64,000 nt of DNA, taken from positions 22,258,001-22,322,000 of the forward strand of contig NC_043010.1 of the NCBI RefSeq assembly GCF_006345805.1. The letters run 5' to 3'. The position numbers and the translations under genes are program-made. The DNA is from Octopus sinensis (Eukaryota). This document shows positions 24,081 to 36,449 of the stretch, one piece after another. The notes beneath the pieces were generated by a model that did not search any database, had not been told where the DNA came from, and was given only the letters and a program-made list of their open reading frames with translations. Numbering within the stretch: position 1 is the first letter of the stretch; the number at the start of each line of letters is the position of its first letter.

Positions 24081-27000
24081 TGATAGTTTCGTTATTTTCG
24101 AAAACCCCTGCTGTGAAATGTCATAGTTACTTCAAGAGGAAAAAATCTTCTAATATCATCCGTAATTTGGTTCCAGTGCGACCGCTGAAATCTTTCTCTA
24201 CGCTACAGGTTGCTCTGTGTGTGTTATACACACCTCTGCAAATATATATTGATTATATATATTCGTATAGGTATAAAATGCAGCAACAACAACAATATCA
24301 TTTCCTTGTCGTTAACTTCAGTATTACAGATTTTTTTTTTTTTTCTGAGATTAGGTTTGCTTTTTGACTTTTTAAAATTTTGTTTTTAGTGTTTCGTTTC
24401 TGCTATTTGCACTCGTTACTAATATCGTGAAGAATTCTGAAAGTGAATATTTGATCTGCAGAAACACACCTTTAAATCCCTCCCTACTGGAATACTCTGA
24501 GATGCCCTACGGGTTTTATAGAGAGGGAGTTATCTCCCTTGCTGGACATTGTTTACTGCGCATGACAGGAACTGTGGAAGGATCGAAACGGTGGCCTCCT
24601 GGAATGCATGCTGAGTGTGTACCGGGAGTCTCTGCTGTGAGATAGTCCGTGCTGCAGCAGATCTCGGACATTGATATGTGACGGTCATTGTGGTATATCT
24701 TCTACTTTCGATATTACCCGGAAAGCAGTCATTACTCGTTCACGTGAATCTCCTCTTATCAGCGAAGAAGACATTCCACCTATCATCATGATAAAGTAAA
24801 GAAAATATTGGGTAAAATACTCCAATGTATATAAAAATAGGTCGATCAGTCAGGGATAGAATGATTGGATCATAAATATACCTGAGTAGAAAAATGCTTA
24901 TCATATTAACTACAAGTATTGTTAAGTGTACATGTATATTGTTGCGTGCAGAGACACTAGAACGTCCCCACTCGTTTATCACTGATTCTTTCATCGCTTA
25001 TCCGGGATAACACAAAGCATTCAGTTGTTACGTTTTACACTGGTTACAAATTGATCTGTGACGACACGGGGCGGCGATTAGATAAAGGTTCTCTTTGCAT
25101 CACCCAAAAAGTGCGATCCAACAACCAGCAGCAACGCTTGTGACAACATGGGCTCTCTGAATGAAACCTATTTCTCCCATATGTTTTATCATTAATTTAA
25201 CGTTGATTCATTTAACATGGTGATCTTGGAACCCAAAACACGTAATAAAAAATGCAACATTGCTTATCTATAACCTAGGCATTAAGCCATTTTTGTGTGT
25301 GCGTATGAGTGTGTGTGTGCGTGCGTGTGAGCGTGTGGCTGTGCATGCGTGTGTGGGGGGTGAAATAATTTGTCTCCTGGACAGTGTCAGAAACTGACTG
25401 GTTAATTTATCGAAACTGGAAATGTTAAAGCCGAAGATGACGACGATGGGATTCGAATTCGATAAAGAGATCTAATACCATAAGACATTTTTCGTCGGTC
25501 TCTGAATGCTATGAAGGACTACTTAAACCTCTCCAAAGATCCCCCAAAATTTTTCGTTGGAACTCGAAAGAATTTCATTTATGAAAGCACAGCATATTTT
25601 GTCTTTGAGTTGAACGAGATTCCTTTATATGAACTTATTTACCTGACTATACTTCGAAATGCCTAAATTTCAAGGATTTAAAGAATGAAAGCTTCGATAT
25701 GAATTTTTTATCAGAGGTGCACAATCTAGAATAGTGGTACCTAGACGTTTCGCTATCAAGGACCTTTTTTAATTAAATGACTATTCAATAGACTTATATT
25801 ACCGAACTCCAAATTAGCTTCTCTCTTTCATCTCTGAATATTTATTTTAAAATTTAAACATTTTGTGCACAACACACAGAACTTATACCATCAATGCTCT
25901 GTATTCGTTTTGTAACCCTCACAGGTCCCTAAATCCCATATTCAGAATAGTTGATGTGGAGTGTCCTAAATATATAGTCTCCCAATTTTAACCATAGAAT
26001 AGTATCTTATAGCTTGTAGCATCTCCAATTTCCGATCTCTACTCGTACTGTAGTAGACAGAGCATATAAATTTTTCTCCGAGTACCTAAAAGAATACGTA
26101 TGTTATGTGTAGCTTCTTTTAAATATACGCTCTGTCACACCTAAATAAGCAAAGCAATTTAGACTGATCTTAAAACATTAGTTTTCTGTTGCAGTCCAAC
26201 TGCTTACTGCGTCATTTTTTTTGTGAGCATGAGATAAAACAGATACATTTCTACTGGTGTTGAGTAGACGATGCGTGATATATTTCTAAATCATTAAGAG
26301 TGTCACTACAAATTGTATCAAACTATTCATAGGGATATACGATGCAATTACCAAGAACTCTAAGTCACTGTGCACAAAGGCCTAAGTTTCGAAACCATAC
26401 TAGACGTTTTAAATCGTGTTGCATTATTCTCTATTGACGTCTCCACTGAACTTACAAAATTCCAGGGACGAAAATAGCTCAAAATGTCGTCATCAAAATA
26501 CCTACATTTCATGGAAGTTTATTCAACACATACAGGTTGAATGTATTGTTCCTTCATTGTTGAAATTTCTTTTAACTTTTTCGAAAGTTATAGAAGTACT
26601 TTGAAGTGTTTTGAAGATTCTTTGAAGGTTTAGAATTCTGCTTTGTAACTAAAAACTTCACGTCAAAGGCTTTTTGTAACCAAAGGATTGTTCAAAGGCT
26701 TTTTAAACCAAAGGATTGTTCAAAGCCATTACGTATGATAACTTCAGACTTTTTGTGAACTACTCATCTTTTTTTTTATAACTATAAAACAAAATTCGAT
26801 TCCTTTTGTCTATTGAATTTTATATATTATTTATATATTATATTGCATAAGTAGCGACCATCTGTTTCATTTGTATCGCTAATATCACTCTCGCCCTCCA
26901 CCACTCCTTCCCTCCATCACGCCTCCTTTTTCTCTCCATATCTCTTTCTTTCTCTCCACTTTTCTTTACTCTCTTCTATTTCTCTTATGTTGTACGAACC

Positions 27001-27439
27001 ACTCTCTTTTTCATTTTTTTTATTGTTCATCTTTTTTTTCAAAACAAACGAGTCTGTTTATCTCCGCTTCAAATATCTTCCTGAATTCCCTTCCCCATTC
27101 TCATCTTCCAAACTCTCGATAATCACTCAAGCCAGCTTTTCCCTTCCTATCCTTTTCGTTTCCATATTTTTTGCTTCGTTTTCCGATCAAACATATATAT
27201 ATATATATTTCAATAGACCATTTCTAAAATAACCGTCTCATCTACCTGGATGCTATGTCATGATGCTCAGCCGCTTATCTCCTCATTCACTGCGTATTCC
27301 CTTTTTGTATTCCTTTCTCCATTTCATTTCTCTCTCTCTCTCTCTCTCTCCTCTTCATTTTTCCTCTTCTCATTCAACTTCTCTCTTGCCCCATACTTCC
27401 GGTTCCTCCCCTTTTCCCTCATCTACATTTGTCTTCAGT

Positions 27440-27819
27440 GGAGGCGCAATGGCCTAGTGGTTAGGGCAGCGGACTCGCAATCGTAGGATCACGGTTTCGA
27501 TTCCCAGACCGGTCTTTCTGAGTGTTTGTTGAGCGAAAACACCTAAAGCTCCACGATGACACGACAGGGGGTGGTGGGTAACCCTGCTGTACTCTTTCAC
27601 GACAAATTTCTCTCGCTATTTCTCCCTGTTTCTGTTGTACCTGTATTTTCAAAGGGTCAGCCTTGTCACACTCTGTGTCACGCTGAATCTCCCTCAGAAT
27701 TACATTAACGGTAAACGTATGTACGGAATGCTTAGCCACTTACACGTTAATTTCACGAGTAGGCTGTCCGCTGATCGGATCAACTGGAACCTTCGTCATC
27801 GCAACCGACGGTGTGCCAC
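27440..27819 (+). mobile_element. tRNA(Arg)-like-headed SINE family 3, near full length
   Basis: Head ggaggcgcaatggcctagtggttagggcagcggactcgcaatcgtaggatcacggtttcgattcc has A and B boxes; the 3' tail is shared with 14575 and 18175. Confidence 0.88.
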
Positions 27820-28881
27820 GATTTATCTTTATTTTTTCTTACTTTTCTTATATTCTTCTTATTCTTATTTTAATCTTTATTATTCCATGTTTGGTCAATC
27901 TTCACATTGTAATTGTCGACATTTAAGCTGCATATTTTCCAAAATTTGAATGTCTTATGATTCCCGTTTTCACCTGTTTTCTATTCCCTATATAAGTGTG
28001 TACGCGATATTAATATTTTAGCCATGGTGATAAGACATAAAATGAATCTCGGAGAAAAATAGTATGAATATTTTCACAAAAATGCATACGCACACCTACA
28101 TATACATACACCACGCATAGGCACTGCGCACATGCACACTTATATAGAGATATACAACGCATACGCAGGCACAAACGTGTTTCAGCCTCAATACGCATCA
28201 TCAGTGCAACAGTTTTATTCTCTTGAATCTCGCTACATAAAATGCTAAATATACACAACACAGAAATTATCTATGGCTTACAGAAAGTTATATTATACAC
28301 AAATACATATATATATATGCATACAAACGTACATAAATGCAAGCATGCATACATACGTACATACGTGCCTACATACATATATACACACACAAAAGGATAA
28401 TTAGAAATGATAGGTAGGAAAAGGAACTGATAGTGTGGGAAGAAGGACAGAGGAAGAACGTAAGCTCTTGTAGGGTTGATGTTAGCTCAAAGAAAGTTCT
28501 GATGAGAAGATTTATTTCCGTTTGATATAGGATTCAATCAGAAGTGAAAACAAAAGAGTAAACACGTGTAGTAAATTAAGGTCGCTACATTTTTTGTATA
28601 TAAAACATTGTTCTTTTGGTCTTCATTAAGACTCGAAGAAGAACTTTTGTCAAATAATATTTTTTTAAACAGTATTGAGTAATCATTCAGTTAAATTGTT
28701 TTTATATATGTGTAATATATATATACATATATACATATATATATGTACATATATATGTGTGTATATATATACATTCATGTATGTGTATGTATATATATTC
28801 ATATATGTGCATGTGTATATATATACACATACATATGTATATATATATATGTGTATATACACACATACATATGTATGTATG

Positions 28882-28945
<64 letters not shown>

Positions 28946-28959
28946 TATACACACATAAA

Positions 28960-29405
28960 GTCGGAGAAGATTATAAATATTGTCAGGAAGCCACTAGAGT
29001 TGGTTGGGGACTACCTGTACCCGGAAGCAAAGATTGAGAACACAGAGGTTAATATAGTTGAGAAGAAGTGTAAAGTTTGGGCTGCATGCTACAGTTTGAG
29101 ATCTGTATGGAAATCGGACCTTCGTAAAGACCTGACGATCCGTCTCTTCATTGCTGAACTGGGTGAAAAGAACACAGATGCGACTGAGCTTAGCTGGATA
29201 TGTTCACCACGATTCAGAGTTGATAGTGCACTCAGTACTCCTATGGGAACCCCTAGAGAGACATCATAGAAGAGGGGGACCGAAGTTGAGAGATGTGGAT
29301 GTACTAAGGACAGACAGTGGTCCCTGGGAAATGTAGGACATGGCAGCGATGATGAAGAACATGGACCGCTGGAGATAACTCGTCCATGGATCTCGGGAAT
29401 TTTAC
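28960..29405 (+). mobile_element. RTE/RTEX-like LINE 3' remnant with internal deletion
   Basis: [36 protein letters not shown]..[gap]..[51 protein letters not shown]. Confidence 0.75.
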
Positions 29406-29639
29406 CCGCCATAGATAGATAGAGTGCAACGTTGTGTCTTAATGTCCACGATTTTAGTGCGGTGTAAAATAGCAACTCAGATTGATCTAACTTAGTTGAC
29501 GCTTTAGAATGCTTAATAGTTGAGATTTGGACAGTTAATTAATGGTATAATACATTTATCAAATACTTTTGTGAGTGTGTATATATATATGTGTGTGTGT
29601 GTGTATGTGTGAGTGCGTGTGTTTGTGTTTGTGTGTGTA

Positions 29640-29830
29640 GTAAATCCAAAAAAACGAAGAACAAAAACAAAAAACAACAACACGAAGACGTGGTACATGT
29701 AAAGTGTTAGCAAACGCTCAGGGAAGGAAAGAAAGGTGACTTTACGTTTCGAGTATATCATCTTCTTCAGAAACAAACCAAAGAAAAGGAAGACAGAGGA
29801 AAAAGATCGCCAACGATTCACATGTGGTTA
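29640..29830 (-). mobile_element. Family F element, degenerate HHR-like motif at 29740-29773
   Basis: TTT CTGAAGA A gatgatatactc GAAA CG TA AAG. Confidence 0.55.
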
Positions 29831-29850
29831 TATATATATATATTATATTA

Positions 29851-30034
29851 AATTAGAGATAAAGCCACTATTAGGCAAATCAAACAGTGAAAATCATAAG
29901 CCAATACATAGAAAAAAATTAATAAAAATATATAATATAAATATAAAAAATATATAATATAAAATTCCAAATTAAAATATTTAAATTAAAGTTAAAATTT
30001 AAAAAATTATTTAAATAATTTAAAGTTATAATTT

Positions 30035-30045
<11 letters not shown>
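29851..30045 (-). mobile_element. Family A/B 3' end, inverted partner of 31690-31875
   Basis: attagagataaagccactattaggcaaatcaaacagtgaaaatcataagccaataca.. Confidence 0.7.
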
Positions 30046-30069
<24 letters not shown>

Positions 30070-30563
30070 TTGCTCCCTACTTTTCTTTTTCTTTCTCTTT
30101 CTTCCGTGCTCTCACGTGACCGCATTCAAACCGGTCTTTTCGGCTTGACTGCTGCCGTGTTAACGTTTGTTTTCGTTTTGCCGCAAAGGCATTTTTCATA
30201 TACGCCAGCCAAGATAAGTTAAAAATTGTCTAAAGACGTAAGACGCCCGCTGTTTTTGTCCTGCATACCATTCTTATTTTTTTAATTTTTTGTTTCTTGT
30301 ATTTATATTCGTGTGGCATCCTGTCTTTGTTTCGTATACATTCGATCCTCTTTCCAAGAAATCTAATGCCTGTGGCTTAGTTTTTCATTGGGGCTGGCCG
30401 GTTCGGAGTGATATCGAGATTAAACAGCCGAAATTGCTAAGATGATCCGGTTCCGACTGAAGATTAGAGGCTTCGAGTGACCCGTCTGTTTTTTTGTGTC
30501 ATCTCTTTGTGTGTTTTTGCGTTCTTCTTCCACTTTGTAATTTATATTTTATATTTAATTTCT

Positions 30564-30598
<35 letters not shown>

Positions 30599-30821
30599 AA
30601 ATATTGAATTTCTAAATCTCTCGTAGAGACATGTACGGTGGCGGGGCGATAGAATGGTTGTATACTGTCAATCTAACAAGAACCTGACAGTAGGGGGTAC
30701 ACCACCGCTGTATAGCCCTAGGAAGCATCGAACGCCTCCTGATGGCTTTGACACATCTTTCCCTGTGTCCTTATATACATATACGAAGGGGAGACAAATA
30801 TCCCCGGCTGCCGGAACTGCA

Positions 30822-30867
30822 TCTAGGGACACCGTGTTTCAGGATCGTTGTCCTTCATCGGCCTAGA
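30822..30867 (-). ncRNA. Minimal type-I hammerhead ribozyme, U4C core variant
   Basis: TCTAGG CCGATGA AGGA caacga TCCT GAAA CACGGTG TC CCTAGA: all three stems pair. Confidence 0.75.
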
Positions 30868-31091
30868 GTAGCAGACACCGGTCAGCTGGTGATATTTGCC
30901 TCGACTTCGTAATTGTATATATCTATATTCAGTGAAGTCTATTCACTGTTTATCAAAATCACGAGAATCTACGAGAGATTTAGAAATTCAAAATTTCTTA
31001 TTTTGATAATCAGTGAATAGACTTCACTGAATATAGATATATACAATTACGAAGTCGAGGCAAATATCACCAGCTGACCGGTGTCTGCTAC

Positions 31092-31137
31092 TCTAGGCCG
31101 ATGAAGGACAACGATCCTGAAGCACGGTGTCCCTAGA
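31092..31137 (+). ncRNA. Second copy of the same hammerhead, GAAA changed to GAAG
   Basis: TCTAGG CCGATGA AGGA caacga TCCT GAAG CACGGTG TC CCTAGA. Confidence 0.65.
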
Positions 31138-31389
31138 TGCAGTTCCGGCAGCCGGGGGTGTTTGTCTCCCCTTTGTATATGTATATAAGGACACAGGGAA
31201 AGATGTGTCAAAGCCATCAAAAGGCGTTCGATGCTTCCTAGGGCTATACAGCGGTGGTGTACCCCCTACTGTCAGGTTCTTGTTAGATTGACAGTATACA
31301 ACCATTCTATATATATATATATATGATTGATTCTAGTTTCAGCTCATGAGCTGTGGCCATGCTGGGGAACCGCCATATATATATATATA

Positions 31390-31674
31390 TTTATTATAAT
31401 TATTTTATTTCATTTATTTATTTATTTTTGTTTTTAAATATTTCTGATTACTTATTAAAATATTACAATTAACCCGAAGATTGACTGTAACCATAATTCG
31501 AATTATTAATTGAATTTAAATTATTGTTATTTGAATTGGCTACGTGCATGAAACAATCGTAGTGTTTTTACTATTTATATTATATTAAACTTTTAATACT
31601 TTCTGATAGTATTAAAAGTTTACAAAAAAAAATAAATAAAATAAAATAAAATAATAATAATATATATATATATT

Positions 31675-31713
<39 letters not shown>

Positions 31714-31875
31714 ATTAAAAATTTATAAGTTTAAATTATCTAAATATTTTTTTTAATTTTAACTTTGATTTAAATATTTTATATTTTTATATTTATATTT
31801 TATATTTGTATTGGCTTATGATTTTCACTGTTTGATTTGCCTAATAGTGGTTTTATCCCTAATTTAATATAATAT
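31390..31875 (+). mobile_element. Family A/B element with degenerate HHR at 31471-31564
   Basis: aac CCGAAGA ttg..long AT-rich stem II..cat GAAA CAATCG TA GTG, followed by the family 3' end gtattggcttatgattttcactgtttg..ctaatttaatata. Confidence 0.7.
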
Positions 31876-31942
31876 ATATTTATACTATAAAATTGGATTT
31901 AATCCTAAATCTAATTTTTCCTGTAAGTTTGGATTTACTCCC

Positions 31943-31991
<49 letters not shown>

Positions 31992-32136
31992 GTATATATG
32001 TTTGTATGTCTGACCATATGTTTACACGTACATGCAACCAACATTCGTTACTACAGTACCTAAAAACCTAAAAGAAACAACGTCAATACTTCGTAAATTG
32101 TAAAATAATAACACCAACAAAACAACAGTAATGTTC

Positions 32137-32190
32137 ATAATAATAATGATGATAATAATAATAATAATGATAATAATAATAATAATAATA

Positions 32191-32247
<57 letters not shown>

Positions 32248-32265
32248 TAACAATAACAATAATTA
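32137..32265. repeat. (TAA)n microsatellite
   Basis: Direct reading. Confidence 0.97.
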
Positions 32266-32724
32266 ATCACAACCACTTTGGTCACTAATGAGTTTCTCTG
32301 TCACAACAGATTTCGGTGTATTGTCTACATAAGTAGTTCCCTCTTTAGTAAAGTGCTGTCGTTTTAGTAGAACCAGATTGCAAGTCTCTCGTCTATTGAT
32401 TGGTAGGAATTTCTGTGTTTGATCAGATTTATTAACGATATTTAGAAAGTGTTATCCACTCAGTCTCTGTATGGAATTGACCTATGTTTCTGCTTTTAGT
32501 TTATTTTTTTAGTTTTATCTTTTGTTTGGTGTTTTTGTGCTTTAGTTTTTGTAGTTATTTCCTTTCCTTTTCTGTTTTGTTGTAAATACGATAAAGGAGA
32601 TGTGAATTTTCACTATAAAAACATAAATAAAAGATGTTTTATGTATGAAAGTATGAGTGTATGCATGCATATCTATCTGTCTCTGTATATATATGTATAT
32701 GTGTGTCCCTGTTTGTAGCATATG

Positions 32725-32772
<48 letters not shown>

Positions 32773-34184
32773 CGTATACATATGTATATACACATATATA
32801 CCCATGTATATGTGCGGATGTGTGGAAATTTCGTTCATCTGCTTTCTCTCTCTCTCTCTCTCTAATTGTTTGTTATATGCAACAGATTCAGTATTTGATA
32901 AAAATAAACATATTTGTATCATACTAAATGTAGATGCATTGTAGAAAGCAAATTCACTGTGGTATGTGTTCGGTGATGATCTTTCTAATGGCTGTTCTAT
33001 GTGTAGAAGCACAATACATATACGAAAATCATTCAAGTAGCGGTTTGGTAAAAACCCTATTTGCGCATTTCCTCCTTGTTGTGTGTTATCAGTAGTATAT
33101 ACACACAGACGACCATATGCATAGACGAAATCTATCGCCACCGACGATATAGCAACATATTGAATGAACATTCAGTGGCTTTACAAATAGCCACCAAGCT
33201 GAAAAAATATCCGTTTGTGCATCTGGCATTTCTACCAGACGTTGCTAGGATGGTTTTTCGTCTGCCTTCGATATATATTCTATTTTTAAACACAGCACGT
33301 CCATATAAAAAACATTATCGCAGGACGAATACTGCAGTGAATTCGCTTTTCGCTCTACCTCTACATTAAATATGATACTCAGAAACTCAGAGTACTACAG
33401 TAACTGTTTGTTTCCCTCTTTCTCTCTTGTTCCCTCTCAATCTGTGTGCATGAATATATATTTATATTTAGGTATGTATAGGGATTGAGGAGTAGCAAGA
33501 GAGTTAGCTTCCAGCAATCCGTAGTAAGTATAAAAAGACAACTTTCAGGGACAATAGTGGTTTATTGAAACGGAAAGTTGTGGATTTTTTTCGTATCGAA
33601 ATCTTCCATGTGTTGGTATGGACCTCCTGGCGGCAATGTAGAATGTCATTTAATCAAAATATCCTCGGTCTGAAGAATAGCCTGCGTCATACCCCTCGCC
33701 TGGATATTTACCACTTTTTAGCCTCCATTCGCTACGAAACACACATGCATTGGTTTTCTGACATAAAATGTGCAGTCAGATTGCAATTCTTATCACTTCT
33801 ATGGCGAGTGAGAGAGTGGCAAAATGTCGTACAAGCTTTTATACAAATATTTCGCTATCATTTCATTACTTGATCTGTTTTGCATTTTACTAATCTTTTG
33901 TCTTTTGTAAAAAATGTTATGGAAGTGTCGCGGTTTTATTTTTGTAGCCTAAGGAAAAGTCTCTTTTTTTTCAAAACATGAATTTAATGGCTCTTTGCAA
34001 ATGTCCTCGCTTTCCACGTTCAAAGGGTTAAATCTTTAAATGATAATCTAGTTAGTGATAAATTTTTTGGTAAAATTGTTTCAACAAGAAATCGAAACCG
34101 AATCTCAACATATGTAAAGCTGTGAGGTAAAAATTTTGCTTTTCAACCACGTGGTTCCCAATTCAGTTCCACCGCCTATATATA

Positions 34185-34400
34185 GTTAATACAAACATGA
34201 AAACACAACAATACGAGGACGTGGAACAAGTATAGTATTATTGGACGCTCAGGAAAGAAGGAAAGAAGGAGGGTTTAGCGTTTCGAGCGGATCTCTTCGT
34301 CAGAAACATAGGAAAAGGAAAGATCCAAAGAAGGGAAAACAGAGGAAAAAATCGCCAACGGTACACACGCGGTCACAAAGACACACGTGGGCACAAATAC
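34185..34400 (-). mobile_element. Family F element, best-preserved HHR-like motif at 34273-34307
   Basis: GTTT CTGACGA A GAG atccg CTC GAAA CG CT AAAC: extra A after the core; U16.1 changed to C. Confidence 0.65.
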
Positions 34401-34434
34401 GCGTAAATACACATACAAGATGTATATATATATG

Positions 34435-34640
34435 ACCTTCACCACCTCTTGACAACCGGTGTTGGTTTGTCTTCGTCCCCGTAACTTAATGTTTTGGTAA
34501 AAGAAGCCAATAGAATAAGTACCAGGCTTTGAAAATAAATAAATACTGTGATCAATTTATTCCACAAAAATTCTTCAAGGTGGTGCCCAAGCATGGCCGC
34601 TGTCTAATGACTGAAACCAGTAAGAGGTAAAATATAAAAA
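34435..34640 (+). mobile_element. SINE family 2, 3' half
   Basis: cttgacaaccggtgttggt..gtccccgtaacttaa..agcatggccgc..atgactgaaac. Confidence 0.8.
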
Positions 34641-35318
34641 ATGAAAGATATGTTTCGTTCTGTTTTTTTTTCATTTTTTTTTCGGATTCATTGATGTAAC
34701 AATCTAACTTGAGATTAATTTCTAATCGGATTAAAAGCAAAATCACTTCTGGATTTTTAAAAATAGTTTTCAGTTGACTAAAATAGAAATACAATGTGAT
34801 GTTGGTCATTAGTAAGAAATCTTATTCAATCTCTTTCAACAGTTTCGTAAAACTTCTTCGTTAATCCTTCGCAACCGTTGGCAATGACGTCATAAAATTA
34901 GACGTCGATGCTTACAGTTCCATGTAGAGCATGTAATCGTTATCAGAGAATTACTGAATCTAGGAAGTACCCAGGGACGGGTGCTGCATGGAAGGTTAAT
35001 AGTAAAGAGGGCACTAGCGTCTAGGATGCAGGAAACCGTAAACTTTGGTATCGTTAATTACATCATTTGTAATCTATGACCAAGTCTGGCGAGACTGAAC
35101 AGAATAAACTTATTCTGAAACACACGCGCGCACGCTCACACGCACACACAACACACACACAGACTCGCACATACACACACATATGGGCTCGCACACACAC
35201 ACACAAACACGCAAACACGTACGCGCCTACACATGCATACACCCACAGACATACACATACACACACACACATAGATAGATGCACACTCGGACACATACAT
35301 ACGCAGGCACACACACAC

Positions 35319-35361
<43 letters not shown>

Positions 35362-36449
35362 ATCACTTGTAAAAAGCGAAGAAACACATACAGAAATATA
35401 TGCTTGCTTCTTTATAAACTATTACTGCTGCTACTACTACTAATGCTGCTGCTGCTGCTACTATCTGCCACTATCTCCCACTATTCTTCCGCCTCCGTTT
35501 CATCATCTTCATCTCCTCCTGCCCTCCTCAAATTCTTCCTTCTTTTTTTTTCTTGCTGCTTCTCTTCATCCTCTTCTATTGCTATTGTTACCGCTTTTAC
35601 AGTTACCACTACTTCTGCCCCACTGCATTCTTCGCTTCCTCATACTACTTCTTCTCCTACCTTCCCTCTCCCACCACCTTCTTCTTGTTCCTCTTCTTTT
35701 TAAGCATTAAGCGACCATCCTTCCCAAAATCATAGTAACTCTATTGTTCACCTATTGCTTTCTATTTCTAGCAGAGCAATCAACCATTTAAAAGAAACCA
35801 GACACCCACGTTCGTTGGCTCCTTCAACTAGTTTCAACATTTTTGTCTCTTGTTACAACCGACAGCATATTTAAATCTGAAATCTTAAGAAATCCATTGG
35901 TTTCCTAACACCAGCGCACAACTTTTAGATGATTCATCCGTATTAGAGGAGACACAGAAGCTTTAGTTATATCATCGAATGCTATAAAACCGACGCAGAT
36001 AATTCCATTTCTTTGTTAGACCAAACTAATGGAAGTGAAGCCGTATTACGTAAATGTGTGTGTGTGTGTGTGTGTGCATGTAAATGTCGGCATTGATGTC
36101 ACACACTTGCCTTTATTCAACAATCTACTACAGTAATTAAACCGAGATGACAAGTTAGTGATTGAAAAAGCATGTTTTACATAATCACAACTGAAATATT
36201 TAGCTATTGTTTATTAAATTCCTCATTCGTTAATGGGTCTTCGTCGATTTCGACGATGAGTGTTCCAGTTGCGCGATGTCTTCCGAAGAAGTGTCTAATT
36301 TTAGCGCGTAATCAAGATTGGAATCCACAGAGAACTAATTGATCTTGGGCCTACCTGGGACAGAGTAGCGTCATTTATAAGGGTTTCGCATATTGGCACA
36401 AAACCAGCAATTTTTTGCGTGGAGAGGAATGGAGGAGAAGGAAATATAG

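Larger units (their letters stand above)
30595..31310. mobile_element. Fold-back retrozyme-like element: 311-bp inverted arms (30649-30959 / 31000-31310), two permutations of a ~365-nt monomer
   Basis: The arms are near-identical; the spacer holds an inverted copy (30968-31000) of 30595-30627; (TA)n on both sides; one HHR per arm. Confidence 0.85.

Noticed and set aside
24427-24994. GC-richer segment with hydrophobic and LAGHCL-like ORFs
   Set aside because: No consistent frame or recognisable domain; possibly an old LINE remnant.
27440-27512. tRNA-like sequence as a functional tRNA gene
   Set aside because: It continues directly into a SINE body and has no proper acceptor stem.
30380-30480. 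GAAA and CTGAAGA as a permuted (type II) hammerhead
   Set aside because: The stems do not pair next to the core.
34022-34031. aaagggttaa as a piggyBac-like right end
   Set aside because: No matching left TIR was found.
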